Positions 38,891 to 49,441 are shown, numbered from the stretch's first letter. The stretch: 64,000 nucleotides of DNA from an uncultured Alphaproteobacteria bacterium (GCA_963780095.1 CAWABH010000053.1:60273-124272), one strand, 5' to 3'. Made by a program: numbers and translations. Notes: generated by a model from the sequence alone, not told the origin.

Positions 38891-39685
38891 ATGCGCCGAC
38901 TCTGCCTCACCTCGCTGGTTCTCCTCGGGCTCGCGGCGTCTCCCCTCCGCGCTGAGCCGATCCTGCCCTCAAGCAGCGCAAAGGGGCTGCTTTGCCGCTC
39001 CGCGGTCGAGGCGACCGAGCGCGGCAGCGGAATACCGCCCCATTTGCTGGCTGCGATAAGCCGTGTCGAGAGCGGTCGACGAGATCCGCTCACCGGAGAC
39101 TGGCATCCCTGGCCATGGACCGTGAATGCCGAAGGTCAGGGCTCTTTCTATGACAGCAAGTCGGAGGCGATCGCCGCGGTTCGCGGCATGCAGGCGCAGG
39201 GGATTCGGTCGATCGACGTTGGATGCATGCAGATCAACCTGATGCACCATCCGGACGCCTTCCCCACCCTGGAGGCGGCGTTCGATCCGCAAGCCAACGC
39301 TGCCTACGCCGCGCGGTTCCTCAAGGAGTTGTTTGCGCAGTCCGGCGACTGGACCAAGGCCACTGCGACGTACCACTCGGCGACGCCCGAACTGGGCGCC
39401 GATTACCAGCGAAAGGTGCTGGCGGTCTGGCCTGAGGAATCGCGTATGGCGAGCAGCGTTCTGGGATCGCCCTTGGCCCAGGCCTGGGGAGCCACCCTGT
39501 CCACGGCCCCGCCAGCATTCACGCGCGTGCTGCGACTCCAGCCGACCGGTATGGCCGAAGGGCCACACATGATCATGCTGCCAACCATCGGCGGTGCGAC
39601 GCCGCCCGGGCGCAGCCTGGAAACCTATCGGGCTGCTCCAATCGCGCTCGCCTACCAGCCGCCGCCGCGCCGTAGCGGCGGGTAA
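38891..39685 (+). CDS. lytic transglycosylase domain protein (SLT), secreted
   Basis: Signal peptide MRRLCLTSLVLLGLAASPLRA. Catalytic region IPPHLLAAISRVESG and GCMQINL..H. Confidence 0.8.
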   Translation: MRRLCLTSLVLLGLAASPLRAEPILPSSSAKGLLCRSAVEATERGSGIPPHLLAAISRVESGRRDPLTGDWHPWPWTVNAEGQGSFYDSKSEAIAAVRGMQAQGIRSIDVGCMQINLMHHPDAFPTLEAAFDPQANAAYAARFLKELFAQSGDWTKATATYHSATPELGADYQRKVLAVWPEESRMASSVLGSPLAQAWGATLSTAPPAFTRVLRLQPTGMAEGPHMIMLPTIGGATPPGRSLETYRAAPIALAYQPPPRRSGG

Positions 39686-39687
39686 TA

Positions 39688-40818
39688 TCAGGCTGCGAAC
39701 TCGACGCGAATGGCAGCCGAGTGCTCTCCAATGGCTGGCACCGGCCCCAACGGCCGCACCCCATCGCTGAACAACACCGGCGGCGCGGCGATGGCCACAT
39801 CGCCGTTTGGTGTCTGAACGGTGGCGCGGCGAAGTGCGGGGTGGTGCGCGAGCGCCGCCACGTCGTTGACGAAGCCAAAGGCCGTATTGGCGGCTTGGAG
39901 CTTCGCGGCGGCCTCGTCCCGGGTCAGGCGGACAAAGGCCGCGGCAATGTGCGCATCGACCATCGGACGGTTGGCGACGCGCTCAACGTTGGTCTCGAAC
40001 CCGGCGCGTCGCGGCAGATCCGCCTCATCCAGGAAGCGGGCACAGAACTCGGCCCATTCACGCTCGTTCTGGATGGCAATCAGCACCAGGGCCCCGTCGG
40101 ACGTCGAAAACGCGCCATATGGGCAGATGGAGGGATGCGCGAGACCCAGCCGTTCCGGGGCCTTGCCGGTGCCTTCGTAGAACAGCAGCGGCACGTTCAT
40201 CCAATCCGCCATTCCGTCGAACAGGCTGACCTTCAGGCCCTTGCCGCGGCCGGTGACGCCGCGCTCGATCAGCGCCTCCAGCACACCGGCATGCGCGGCC
40301 ATGCCGCAGGCGATATCGCAGGCCGAGACGCCGACCCGGCCCGGCCCGGCGGGATGGCCGGTGATCATCGCCAGCCCGGATTCCGCCTGCACCAGCAGGT
40401 CGTACGCCTTCATCGTCGCGTAGTCGCCGCTGTCGCCGTAGCCGGAAATATCGACGGTGATCAGCCTTGGATGCCGCTCACGCAACGTGTCCGAGCCGAG
40501 GCCCGCGCGCGCGGCGGCGCCGGGCGCCAGGTTCTGGATGAACACGTCGGCGCGCGCCAGGATGCGATGCAGCAGGGCTGCGTCCTCTACGCGCTTGATG
40601 TCGGCCACAAGGCTCTGCTTGCCGCGGTTCAGCCAGACGAAATAGCTGGAGAGCCCATTCGCCGCCTTGTCGTAGCCGCGCGCGAAGTCGCCCTCCGCCC
40701 GCTCGATCTTGATCACCCGCGCGCCCGCATCGGCCAGGCGCGAACTGCAATAGGGCGCGGCGACCGCCTGTTCGAGCGAGACGACGAGCAGGCCGGACAG
40801 CGGACGAGAGCTTGTCAT
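39688..40818 (-). CDS. family III CoA-transferase (CaiB/BaiF)
   Basis: LSGLLVVSLEQAVAAPYCSSRLADAGARVIKIE and the catalytic-Asp region. 376 aa. Confidence 0.85.
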   Translation of the reverse strand: MTSSRPLSGLLVVSLEQAVAAPYCSSRLADAGARVIKIERAEGDFARGYDKAANGLSSYFVWLNRGKQSLVADIKRVEDAALLHRILARADVFIQNLAPGAAARAGLGSDTLRERHPRLITVDISGYGDSGDYATMKAYDLLVQAESGLAMITGHPAGPGRVGVSACDIACGMAAHAGVLEALIERGVTGRGKGLKVSLFDGMADWMNVPLLFYEGTGKAPERLGLAHPSICPYGAFSTSDGALVLIAIQNEREWAEFCARFLDEADLPRRAGFETNVERVANRPMVDAHIAAAFVRLTRDEAAAKLQAANTAFGFVNDVAALAHHPALRRATVQTPNGDVAIAAPPVLFSDGVRPLGPVPAIGEHSAAIRVEFAA

Positions 40819-40976
40819 AGTCGGTGAGTGACATGAACGCCGGCAGGACTCAAGCGAGGGACCGGACCGCCCGGCGGCCTCAATTCACGATGTGAAGGCC
40901 GTTTTACGCCGGCCCTGACGCCATGCTAATCAACCAGTCGGTTCGGCCTTCGGGAATTCATCTCCGGGGGAAACAA

Positions 40977-43315
40977 GTGCCTGATTCGGCGGAACCACTG
41001 GTGTTTCGGTTTGACGATTTCCTGCTGGACAGGCCGGCGGGGGCGTTGCTGCGCGTGCACCCGGACGGCCAAACGAGCCGTGTCTCCCTCGGCACCCGCG
41101 CGTTTCGGATCCTCAGCCTCCTGGTCGAGCGTCGTGGAGCGATCATAACGCGCCAGGAAATCATGGACGCGGTCTGGCCGGATGTGATCGTGGAGGAGAA
41201 CAATCTTTCGGTTCAGCTTTCCAACCTGCGACGGGTCTTGGATGCCGGGCGAGAACTGGGTAGCTGCATCCAGACGCTGCCCGGGCGCGGCTATCGCTTT
41301 CTACCGGCGGTCACGCTATCCGGTCACCGGCTCGCCGATCGAGCCGAGACGGCCGATCCCGCACCGTCAAGCATCGCCATCGCTGAACCGGCACCTGATC
41401 CATCGAACGCCGAATCGGCGCTGCCGCCTTGTCTGCGTCGTCCGACGGACATAGCATCGCCTCGATCCCGCCACCCAGGCGGCGTCGGCGGGCTGGGACA
41501 TAGCGGCCTGCGTTTGTCTGGCCGTACTGGGCGCGTCGATCGTTTGGTCTGCCGCCCTCGCACCTTTCATCGGTGTCGCATCCAGGACCGCTACCACCGC
41601 CACACTGGATGCGCCGCGTGGCCGTACGAAAATACCACCCCGATCCCTATAGAGCGGCCGCGGCTATCCTGGTCGTGCTGCCATTCGACAAGCTGGGCGA
41701 CGATGCGGACGAGCACGCCGTCGACGCCATCGTCGAGGACCTGACAACCGAGTTGTCGCGCTATGCGGCCTTCGGATAACGGCACACAATTCGGCGACGG
41801 GGAAGCGGGTCGATATCGAACGCACCGGCCAGGAACTCGGCGTGCGCTATGCGGTTGCAGGAAGCGTGCGCAAGCTGGACGGCGCGCTGGCGTCAATGCG
41901 CAGCTGGTATCGGCGGAAACGGGGGAGCAGTTCTGGGCAGAGCGCTTCATAGTCGAGCCAGATGCGACTGGTGATGGCGTGGACCTCGTCGTTTGGCGGA
42001 TCGCGTTCCTGGCGCAGCGCCGGGTGTTCGAAACCGAAAGCGCCAGGAGCGTGCGCGAGCGGCCCGACCATCCGGACGCCACCGACGCCCTGGTGCGTGC
42101 CCACGCTCTGTCCGATCTGCCGCCGAGCCCGCAAAAGCAGACCCAGCTTGTGGGGCTCTACCAGCGTGCCGTCGAACTCGCTCCGTCCTCCGCCCCGGCT
42201 TTGGCTGGCCTCGCCGAGGCGTTGCTGGACAGCCTGCCTGCCGTCTCGAGCGACGATCGACGGCGCCGACCAAGCTCCGTCGCGCCGAGGAACTTGTCAG
42301 CCGGGCGGAATTGGTCGATCCGAACGAGATGCACGTCATGTTCGCCAGGACGTTCCTGCTTGGGAAGCAGGACCGGTGCTCGGAATTGATCCCGGCTGCG
42401 CGGCGCGCCATCGAGGCGCATCCAAACAGCGGCGGAACCCGACAGTGGTTCGGCGTTTGCCTGTTGCGCGACGGCAGAGCGGCTGAAGCGGTCCGCCACT
42501 TCGAGCAGGCGATTCGGGTCAATCCGCGTTCCCCGCAGATCGACAATCGCTATCGTCTCTTGGGACAAGCGTTGCTGGCAACCGAGCGATACGACGAAGC
42601 CATTTCCTGGTTCCGCAAGGCGCTCGCGGCCAATCCCAGTCTCCACGCCCAGACGCGCGGCTTTCTCCATGCCGCGATCGCCTCCGCTCAGGCACTTTCA
42701 GGCGACCTGGAGGCGGCGCGGACTAGCGCCATCGAAGCCAACCGTCTCTGGCCAACCCTCACCGCGCAGGGCTTCCTGCGGTGGAAGACCACGAACCAGG
42801 TCGCAATTGGGGAATGCGACCGCTCCCGTGAGGGGTTACGGGCGGCCGGGATGCGCGACCGCGCGGATGAGGACGCCGACCCCGGCCTGACGCCGGATGA
42901 CATCCTGCATTCGACCTATGAAGCTCCGACACCGATCACGGTCCCCGGCGCGCGAACGATCCGAACGTCTGAGTTGGCCGTGATGCTGGAAGTGCACCGG
43001 CCGCTGGTGCTCGACACGACCTACTGGGGCGGCTCGATCCCTGGCGCGGTTGCGCTTTGGGGCGCCGGTGTAGGAGGCAGCTTTTCCGATGAATATCAGG
43101 ATCGGTTGCGCCAGAAGATGGACCAACTGACGCACGGGAACCGGAGCGCGCCAGTGGTGACAGTGGGCTGGAACTCGGAGCGCTATCAGGGTCGCAACCT
43201 GGCCCTGCGGCTCGTCGCTCTCGGTTACACCGAAGTCTACTGGTACCGTGGGGGCCGGGAGGCATGGATGGCGGCTGGACTGCCAAGCGCCGAGGTAACT
43301 CTTCAGGACTGGTAG
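40977..43315 (+). pseudogene. winged-helix (OmpR/CadC-type) - TM - TolB-N-like - TPR - rhodanese-like regulator, broken by at least 6 frame changes
   Basis: Recognisable segments alternate frames. Frame 3: FRFDDFLLD..VWPDV.V.ENNLSVQLSNLRR..GRGYRF. Frame 1: TM IAACVCLAVLGASIVWSAAL. Frame 3: IERPRLS. Frame 2: ILVVLPFDKLGDDADEHAVDAIVEDLTTELSRYAAF. Frame 1: ITAHNSATGKRVDIERTGQELGVRYAVAGSVRKLDGAL. Frame 3: RVNAQLVSAETGEQFWAERF... Frame 2: TPR plus ..VVTVGWNSERYQGRNLALRLVALGYTEVYWYRGGREAW. Confidence 0.7.
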
Positions 43316-43611
43316 TATGTTTCCCTGCTCACCGCCATGAAACGTTCCTGAACCTCCCGGGCAAATTCACAAGCCTAAGCCAAAATTAGCCCGCGCGTCG
43401 GCGCCGGTCTTATTGCGCTAAACGCCAAGCGCCGTGCATTCCGTCGGCCAATTCGGCAGGGAGCGTTCTGACGTGCGGGTTCATCACGGACGGCCCGCGA
43501 GGCCACAACAGGAATAGGAAGAGCGCGGAGGAAACGATGCTGAACCGCTGAACCTGCGCAGAGCGGCAATCAGCCCTGCGCAGTCCAATCGCTAGAATGG
43601 GAGCACACAAC

Positions 43612-44538
43612 ATGGCCAAGCACGGGAAAACGTCAAACACGTTCTCTGGCAGCCCGGAGACCTTCCAGCACGATTCGGTCGGGACGTTCACGTACAGCAG
43701 CTTTCCGACAGGCTGGTTTGATACGGCGCAGGTTACCTCGGACTCAACTGCACCTCAGCCTTCCGCAGTGGTGATCGAGACGACCGACGCGTTCGGTCAC
43801 CCAACCAAAGCGCTGGCGACCCTTCCCAACGTAGGCCTCAGCCAAGGCATCTATCGTCCGATTGAACCATCGGACTTCTACATGACGCGAGCGGACGTTC
43901 GGGTTGACCAATTCAGCGATATCGATCCAGCGGTCGCTGTGGAGGACCCCAATAACCCCGGTTTCCTCCTTTGCGGCTGTCCGGTTGGAACAGAGAATAT
44001 CCTGGATTGGCCGATGCAGGTTACCTTTGCTTATATCGACGGTAGCATTGACCCTGCCGATGCGCCTGCTGCGGGCATTATCGCGTCGGCAGAGACCCGG
44101 TCCTGGCACCTATTTTCGGCGACCGCCAACGTTGTCGTCAACATCGACCTCGGTGTCCAAGTCGAGGAAGGCAAATGGTACAGCGTGGAGACCGATTTCA
44201 ACGCCTCAAATGGCGCTTTGCACGGTGAGGTAATCGACGCAACAACCGGCCTTACCCTGGCTGATAAAATGGTGTTCGTGACTGATCCCAAGTATGCCTT
44301 TGCAGGTGGCACATACGATCCGAACGTCGATGGCGTCTTCAACACCGAGGCGTATATCGATGGCGAAGTGTCGCTTAGCCACACTAGTGACCCGACATTG
44401 ACGCTGCCCGGACTTGCCGTAATCGACAATATCGACGCGTTCAACCAGGATCCAGGCAATACCTATGGTCATGGCTATAGTCATGATCATGGCGGCAATA
44501 CCAAGTGGCTGGATAGCATCTTGTCCGACCACGGATGA
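43612..44538 (+). CDS. orphan hypothetical protein (308 aa), beta-rich, His/Gly-rich C-terminus
   Basis: Long ORF in an AT-richer patch. GGGAG lies 8 nt upstream of ATG 43612. A strong terminator hairpin follows. No motif I can assign and no signal peptide. Confidence 0.6.
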   Translation: MAKHGKTSNTFSGSPETFQHDSVGTFTYSSFPTGWFDTAQVTSDSTAPQPSAVVIETTDAFGHPTKALATLPNVGLSQGIYRPIEPSDFYMTRADVRVDQFSDIDPAVAVEDPNNPGFLLCGCPVGTENILDWPMQVTFAYIDGSIDPADAPAAGIIASAETRSWHLFSATANVVVNIDLGVQVEEGKWYSVETDFNASNGALHGEVIDATTGLTLADKMVFVTDPKYAFAGGTYDPNVDGVFNTEAYIDGEVSLSHTSDPTLTLPGLAVIDNIDAFNQDPGNTYGHGYSHDHGGNTKWLDSILSDHG

Positions 44539-44559
44539 TCTTTGTTGCTACTCTATGGG

Positions 44560-44587
44560 CACAAGGGCGAAGCGATTCGCCCTTGTG
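44560..44587 (+). terminator. rho-independent terminator-like hairpin
   Basis: CACAAGGGCGAA-GCGA-TTCGCCCTTGTG is a perfect 12-bp stem with a GNRA loop, followed by TTCT. It lies between convergent genes. Confidence 0.7.
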
Positions 44588-44694
44588 TTCTGGCGAGGCA
44601 AGTCGACAGGTCACAGGCCCCAGTGATCAGCAAACCGACCGACTGCACCTGCGAGCTCCCGGCCATGAGCTCACTGCGGCCAGTAGCAGCACCG

Positions 44695-45273
44695 TCATCC
44701 GGACCTGGCCGCGTCTGTTTCCGGCGGGAACGCGACACCCTCGTACAATTCATTGACCGGGATGCTGATGCCAATTTCCGGCATCCCCAGGTCCGCGTCG
44801 GCAATCAGGAAATCGGCCACCCAATCGTCGCCCGCGCGTGAATATACGGTGGTCGCGGGACGCGATTGCTACAGGATGACGTAACGCTGGATCGACGGCG
44901 TGGCACGGTGTTCCCGGTTCTTCTCGATGCGATCTTTGTAGGACGTCCCTGGGCTGAGGATTTCGAACACCACAACCGGATCGTGGACCACTGTCGCACC
45001 CGACGAAACAGTTGAGCAGACGATGAAGGCATCCGGATAGCGAATGCGCCCGGCAACCTGGATCTTCAGGTCACTGCCATGCGCCTGACAACGGTCGCCA
45101 CGCAACCGGTTGAACAGCAACCCCAGCAGGTTACGCTGGATTGTGGAGTGCGCGACGGTCACTCCGGTCATGGCGACCGGCTGAAATCCGTCGAACTCGT
45201 ACTTCAACTCCTGCCGGCTTTCCCAGTCGAGGAATGCCTCGAGGCTCATGGGTTCCTTCAGCGCCATACTCAT
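44695..45273 (-). pseudogene. Uma2-family (DUF820) endonuclease, copy 3, with in-frame TAG at 44869-44871
   Basis: MSLEAFLDWESRQELKYEFDGFQPVAM...DPVVVFEILSPGTSYKDRIEKNREHRATPSIQRYVIL*QSRPATTVYSRAGDDWV...MPEIGISIPVNELYEGV. Copy 2 has E (LLEQD) at the stop position. Similarity continues 58 codons past the TAG. Confidence 0.7.
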
Positions 45274-45274
45274 C

Positions 45275-46442
45275 TCAGTAGCTGCGCGGCAGTCCGAGCA
45301 CATGTTCCGCAATATACGAAAGAATGAGATTGGTGCTGATCGGCGCCACCTGATACAGCCGGGTTTCCCGGTATTTGCGCTCGACGTCGTATTCCTCGGC
45401 GAAGCCGAACCCGCCATGCGTCTGCAGGCAGGCCTCGGCCGCAGCCCACGACGCGTCCGCGCCGAGCAGCTTGGCCATGTTGGCTTCCTCGCCGGGGGAG
45501 AGCCCCGCCTCGAACTTCGCGCACCCTTCGCGGATCATCAGTTCGGCCGCGCGCATCTGCGCGTAGGCACGGGCGAGCGGGAACTGGATGCCCTGGTTCT
45601 GGCCGATCGGCCGCCCGAACACCTGCCGATCGCGCGCATAGTCGGTGGCCTTCTTCAGGAACCACCTGGCGTCGCCAATGCATTCCGCCGAGATCAGCAG
45701 GCGTTCGGCGTTCATGCCGTCGATGATGTAGCGGAAGCCCCTGCCCTCCTCGCCGATCAGGTTCTCGGCTGGGACGATCATGTTGTCGAAGAATATCTCC
45801 GTCGAGTTGTGGTTCATCATCGTGCGGATCGGCCGGATGGTCATGCCCTTGCCCAGTGTTGCGCGCATGTCGACGATGAAGGTGGACAATCCGTCGGTGC
45901 GCCTCTTGGCCTGGTCGCGCGGCGTGGTGCGGGCGAGCAGCAACATCAGATCGGAGTGCTCGGCGCGGCTGGTCCACACCTTCTGGCCGTTCACCACGTA
46001 GTGGTCGCCGTCGCGCTTGGCGAAAGTGCGGAGCGAGGTGGTGTCGGTGCCGCTGGTCGGTTCGGTGACGCCGAACGCCTGCAGGCGCAGATTCGCCGGT
46101 AGCGATCTTCGGCAGGTACTCCTGCTTCTGTCTGGGCGAGCCGTGCCGCAGGATGGTGCCCATGATGTACATCTGCGCGTGGCAGGCGGCCCCATTGCAG
46201 CCCTCGGCATGGATCGTCTCGAGAATTGCCGCGGCGGCGGAGAGTGGCAGGCCGGCGCCGCCATACTCCTCGGGGATCAGCGCCGCCAGGTAGCCGGCCT
46301 CGGTGAGGGCGCGGACGAACTCGGTCGGATACTCCCGCTGTCGGTCCAGCTTACGCCAGTAGTCGCCGGGGAAGCGGGCGCAGAGTTTCGCGACTTCCTC
46401 GCGGATTTCGGCGTGCGGGTCGGTGGGCAGGGGCTGGTCCAT
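45275..46442 (-). pseudogene. acyl-CoA dehydrogenase; frameshift at 46091 as assembled
   Basis: The N-part ..YLPKIATGE joins LRLQAFGVTEPTSGTDTTSL... in the other listed ORF. An extra base lies in GGCGAA-T-CTGCGC. The C-terminus GGFGFAEEYDVERKYRETRLYQVAPISTNLILSYIAEHVLGLPRSY is typical ACAD. Confidence 0.85.
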
Positions 46443-46684
46443 TTCGGTCTCCCGAGACGCTCTGCAGTTGCTTAGGCGTCGGCTTTCGGGCGTGCAAGCC
46501 TAGGGAGATAAGGCCGTGGAGCAGTGCTGCACGAAACGCAGATCATGACCAATCTGCTCCTGAGCGCTCTGCCAGCCTGGCCCGCTGCTGAATTTCAACG
46601 GCGTTGAGGGATCGTCTGCGGTGGTTTGTGTTGTCGGCGTTGGCGTATCGTTCAACGCACCGTCTATGCGGTTCGCTCTGTCGT

Positions 46685-46818
46685 AATTTCAACACGGAGG
46701 AAGCAGGGAGGACCACGGAGAGCCGCGGAGAAGGCAAGTATTGCGCTTCGCGCGAAGCGCTGAAAGCTTCTTCTCCGTGGCTCTCCGTGGTCCTCCCTTC
46801 TGTCCTCCGTGTTAAACA
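46685..46818. repeat. MITE-like palindromic element, copy 2
   Basis: TTCAACACGGAGGAAGCAGGGAGGACCACGGAGAGCCGCGGAGAAG ... CTTCTCCGTGGCTCTCCGTGGTCCTCCCTTCTGTCCTCCGTGTTAA, with a core containing GCGCTTCGCGCGAAGCGC. Confidence 0.85.
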
Positions 46819-46867
46819 CTGAACAGCCATCACCAGCCGCACGATCGCCGCGACGTACGCACCAACA

Positions 46868-47989
46868 TCAGTGCGGCACCAGCGACAGCACGATCTCGAC
46901 CGCGATCAGCACCAGGATCGCGATCTCCAGCAGCTCGGCCCGCGCCCCGGCCGCCTCGCTGTGCAGTGCCATGTAGGTCTCGCGGATGATCGCCAGCTTG
47001 CGGTCCACCGCGGCACTGACGCTGCGCACTCGAAACAGCTCGATCGCCGCGGCATAGACCCGCGCGAGGTAGACGTCCTCGGTCACCTGCAGCGCATTGT
47101 CCACCCGTTCGGCAAGCTCGGTGACCTCGGCCACCAATGTGTGCAACCGCCGGGCAAGCCGCGCATAGCGGCGCGAGGCCAGCAGGTTGGTCCGCCGTCG
47201 CGCCGCCTCGACCAGATCCCGCACGCGCGGCAACTCGTCATCCAGCGTCTCGTCGTAGGTGCGCATTTCCAGGAGCTGGGCGTTGGCCATCTCCAGCACG
47301 TCCGCCACGTCGGTCTCCCGCTGCGGGTCGTAGATGAAGGCGCGGTCCCAGGTGATCACCGCCAGGTCGTCCGGGTGGTAGGAGAAACGCTGCCGCAGCA
47401 AGTCACGCCGGGCGCTGTCGGACAACGGCTGCTCCTCGCCCGACAGCAGCGGCACAAGGTCCACGCGCTCCAGCAGCGCATCGGCCGTGAGGTGCTCGTC
47501 GAAGCTGTCCACCACGGCAACCAGATAGTCCTCCTGCAACGGCGCCGCGGTCGGGCGGTCCAGCGCCTCTCCGAGCAGACGCCGGAGTTCCGCCAGGAGG
47601 GTGTTCCAGACCTCGGGTTCGGCAGCCGGCCCGATTGCCAGGTCGGTCTGGTTCACCAGCCGGGTGAAGCCGGTCCAAGTTAAATCCCGCACCGGCAGAC
47701 GCAGCGCCAGGGCAGCAATTCCAAAATCGTACAGACGAACAGTGGCGACGGCTTGGACCGGTAGGCCATCGACCTCCAACATCACAGGCTCAAGCTCGAG
47801 CGCGAGCGGCGGCACGCCGAAGGACACGGCTTTTGGGGGAGTGCCGACCAGCCGACTGCGGGCGCTCGCCCCCTGGGCCCGCCGCGCCCAGAGTCCTTCG
47901 GCACGCCGCAGGTCAATCTCATAGGCCAGGTCGAACAGGCGGAGCGCGATCACGTGCCCCGACCGCACTCCCAGTTCACCCTGGGCCAT
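46868..47989 (-). CDS. hypothetical protein with C-terminal TM helix (DUF155/RMD1-like, tentative)
   Basis: About 373 aa with good coding character, C-terminal coiled region and a hydrophobic tail LLEIAILVLIAVEIVLSLV. Family call is from memory. The alternative start is 48016. Confidence 0.55.
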   Translation of the reverse strand: MAQGELGVRSGHVIALRLFDLAYEIDLRRAEGLWARRAQGASARSRLVGTPPKAVSFGVPPLALELEPVMLEVDGLPVQAVATVRLYDFGIAALALRLPVRDLTWTGFTRLVNQTDLAIGPAAEPEVWNTLLAELRRLLGEALDRPTAAPLQEDYLVAVVDSFDEHLTADALLERVDLVPLLSGEEQPLSDSARRDLLRQRFSYHPDDLAVITWDRAFIYDPQRETDVADVLEMANAQLLEMRTYDETLDDELPRVRDLVEAARRRTNLLASRRYARLARRLHTLVAEVTELAERVDNALQVTEDVYLARVYAAAIELFRVRSVSAAVDRKLAIIRETYMALHSEAAGARAELLEIAILVLIAVEIVLSLVPH

Positions 47990-48154
47990 TCGATGCTCCT
48001 CGGCGCTGGCGGCCACGTCGGATATTGCGTGATCGAGCGCCGGGACCCGATGCCGATTTGCTCCCTCGCGCGACTAACACCAGCGCCCGACCCGGGTGAA
48101 AGCGAGACCCCAGCTTGTCGAGTTCTCACCTAATCATCGCCGGACCGCTGTTCG

Positions 48155-48721
48155 CTAGGGTGCCGGGTCGACGCGGACAGCGATCTCGGCGCCATAGGCG
48201 ACGTCCACCTGATCGCCCGCCTTCAGGTGCCGGACGAAGGCCTGCATTCCAGGGTCTAGCACGTCGATAGTGTGGGTCACGCCGTTCGCACCGGTGAAGG
48301 TGACGGTGGTTCCGTCGGCTGCCGCGGAGACGATGGTTACGCGCGCAGCGGCGTTGATGCTGGGTCCATTCACCGCGGCCGCCGACGCACCGGTGCCGAC
48401 CGGTGGAGAGCCCGGCGTTGCCATCTGTACGGCAATCGCATCGTTAATGGTAAAGGTAAGTCTGTCGCCGGGTTTAAGTCGTCCGAGGTTGGTCACTTCC
48501 GGCCCGGCGACGACCGTGGCGTGCCGTCCGTCCGGAGTGCTCAGCACCACTTCGCGGGTGGTCATGTCCACCGAAACGACGGTAGCCACGAACTGCTCAG
48601 TGTGGTGGGACACGGTAGGGGGTGCAGGGGGCGGTGGAGTCTGGCAAGCACTGAGGGCGCCCACCAACCCCATGCCGAGCGCGAGCAGCAACCTGGAACA
48701 GAAGGTCGCAGAACGTAGCAT
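48155..48721 (-). CDS. lipoprotein, unknown function
   Basis: Signal peptide with lipobox LVGALSAC, then a Pro-rich linker and a beta-rich domain. ATG 48721 is preceded by AAGGGGAA. Confidence 0.65.
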   Translation of the reverse strand: MLRSATFCSRLLLALGMGLVGALSACQTPPPPAPPTVSHHTEQFVATVVSVDMTTREVVLSTPDGRHATVVAGPEVTNLGRLKPGDRLTFTINDAIAVQMATPGSPPVGTGASAAAVNGPSINAAARVTIVSAAADGTTVTFTGANGVTHTIDVLDPGMQAFVRHLKAGDQVDVAYGAEIAVRVDPAP

Positions 48722-49127
48722 CTTAGGTTCCCCTTGGTTTTGTTTTGTCAGGCAGCGTAACGGAAGCAGCTGAGACACACGTGACAAGGCGATCGTTGCG
48801 AGCCAGCGGAGCAGACGGTGCAGGCGTGCACAGGAATGATCCGCCCTCGAGCATCTTGCGAGGGGCTGGACTGAGTTGCGTTCAGCCTTATCGGACAAGA
48901 TCTCGCGTCGGGGCAAGCCTTACGATGACGCGCGCCAAACGATCAGTTTTGCGGTTGTGCTGGTGCACCGCCGCCGCCACGGCTTCACGACTGCCGTGGC
49001 GGAGATCCTCGAGCAATGCGATGTAGGCTTGTGTGAAAATATCCGACAACCTATGCCTGGACAGGTTGCAGACTTCATCGGCACCATTGAACCTGGTCCG
49101 GCAGCAGGGGCAGAGAAGAATCCTCCG

Positions 49128-49352
49128 ATGGCATATGAGTACCCGACTACGGCGGGCATCCTCCGCCTGATCGAGGTTCAGGGACGCTGGCTGCTTCATT
49201 TCGCCGATCGACGGTCCGGTCGCTGGTCTTCGCCGGACATGGCAGCCAAGGCCGTCGCCCGGCATCAATCGGGCCTTGCCGAATGGGATCGCCACTGGGA
49301 CGAAGCGCCCGAGGACCTGCTGGATTGGCGACCCCTTGGGGACTCGCTCTAG
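49128..49352 (+). CDS. small hypothetical protein (74 aa)
   Basis: MAYEYPTTAGILRLIEVQGRWLLHFADRRSGRWSSPDMAAKAVARHQSGLAEWD.. is protein-like in composition, with no homology evidence. A competing minus-strand ORF overlaps the region. Confidence 0.3.
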   Translation: MAYEYPTTAGILRLIEVQGRWLLHFADRRSGRWSSPDMAAKAVARHQSGLAEWDRHWDEAPEDLLDWRPLGDSL

Positions 49353-49441
49353 CGGACGCCGGCCGGTGTCGCTCCTATCCCGAAAAGGGGGGAGCGGTGA
49401 CGCAGGCGCATTGCTCGCGCCGTTGGATCTAAGCGGCTCTG

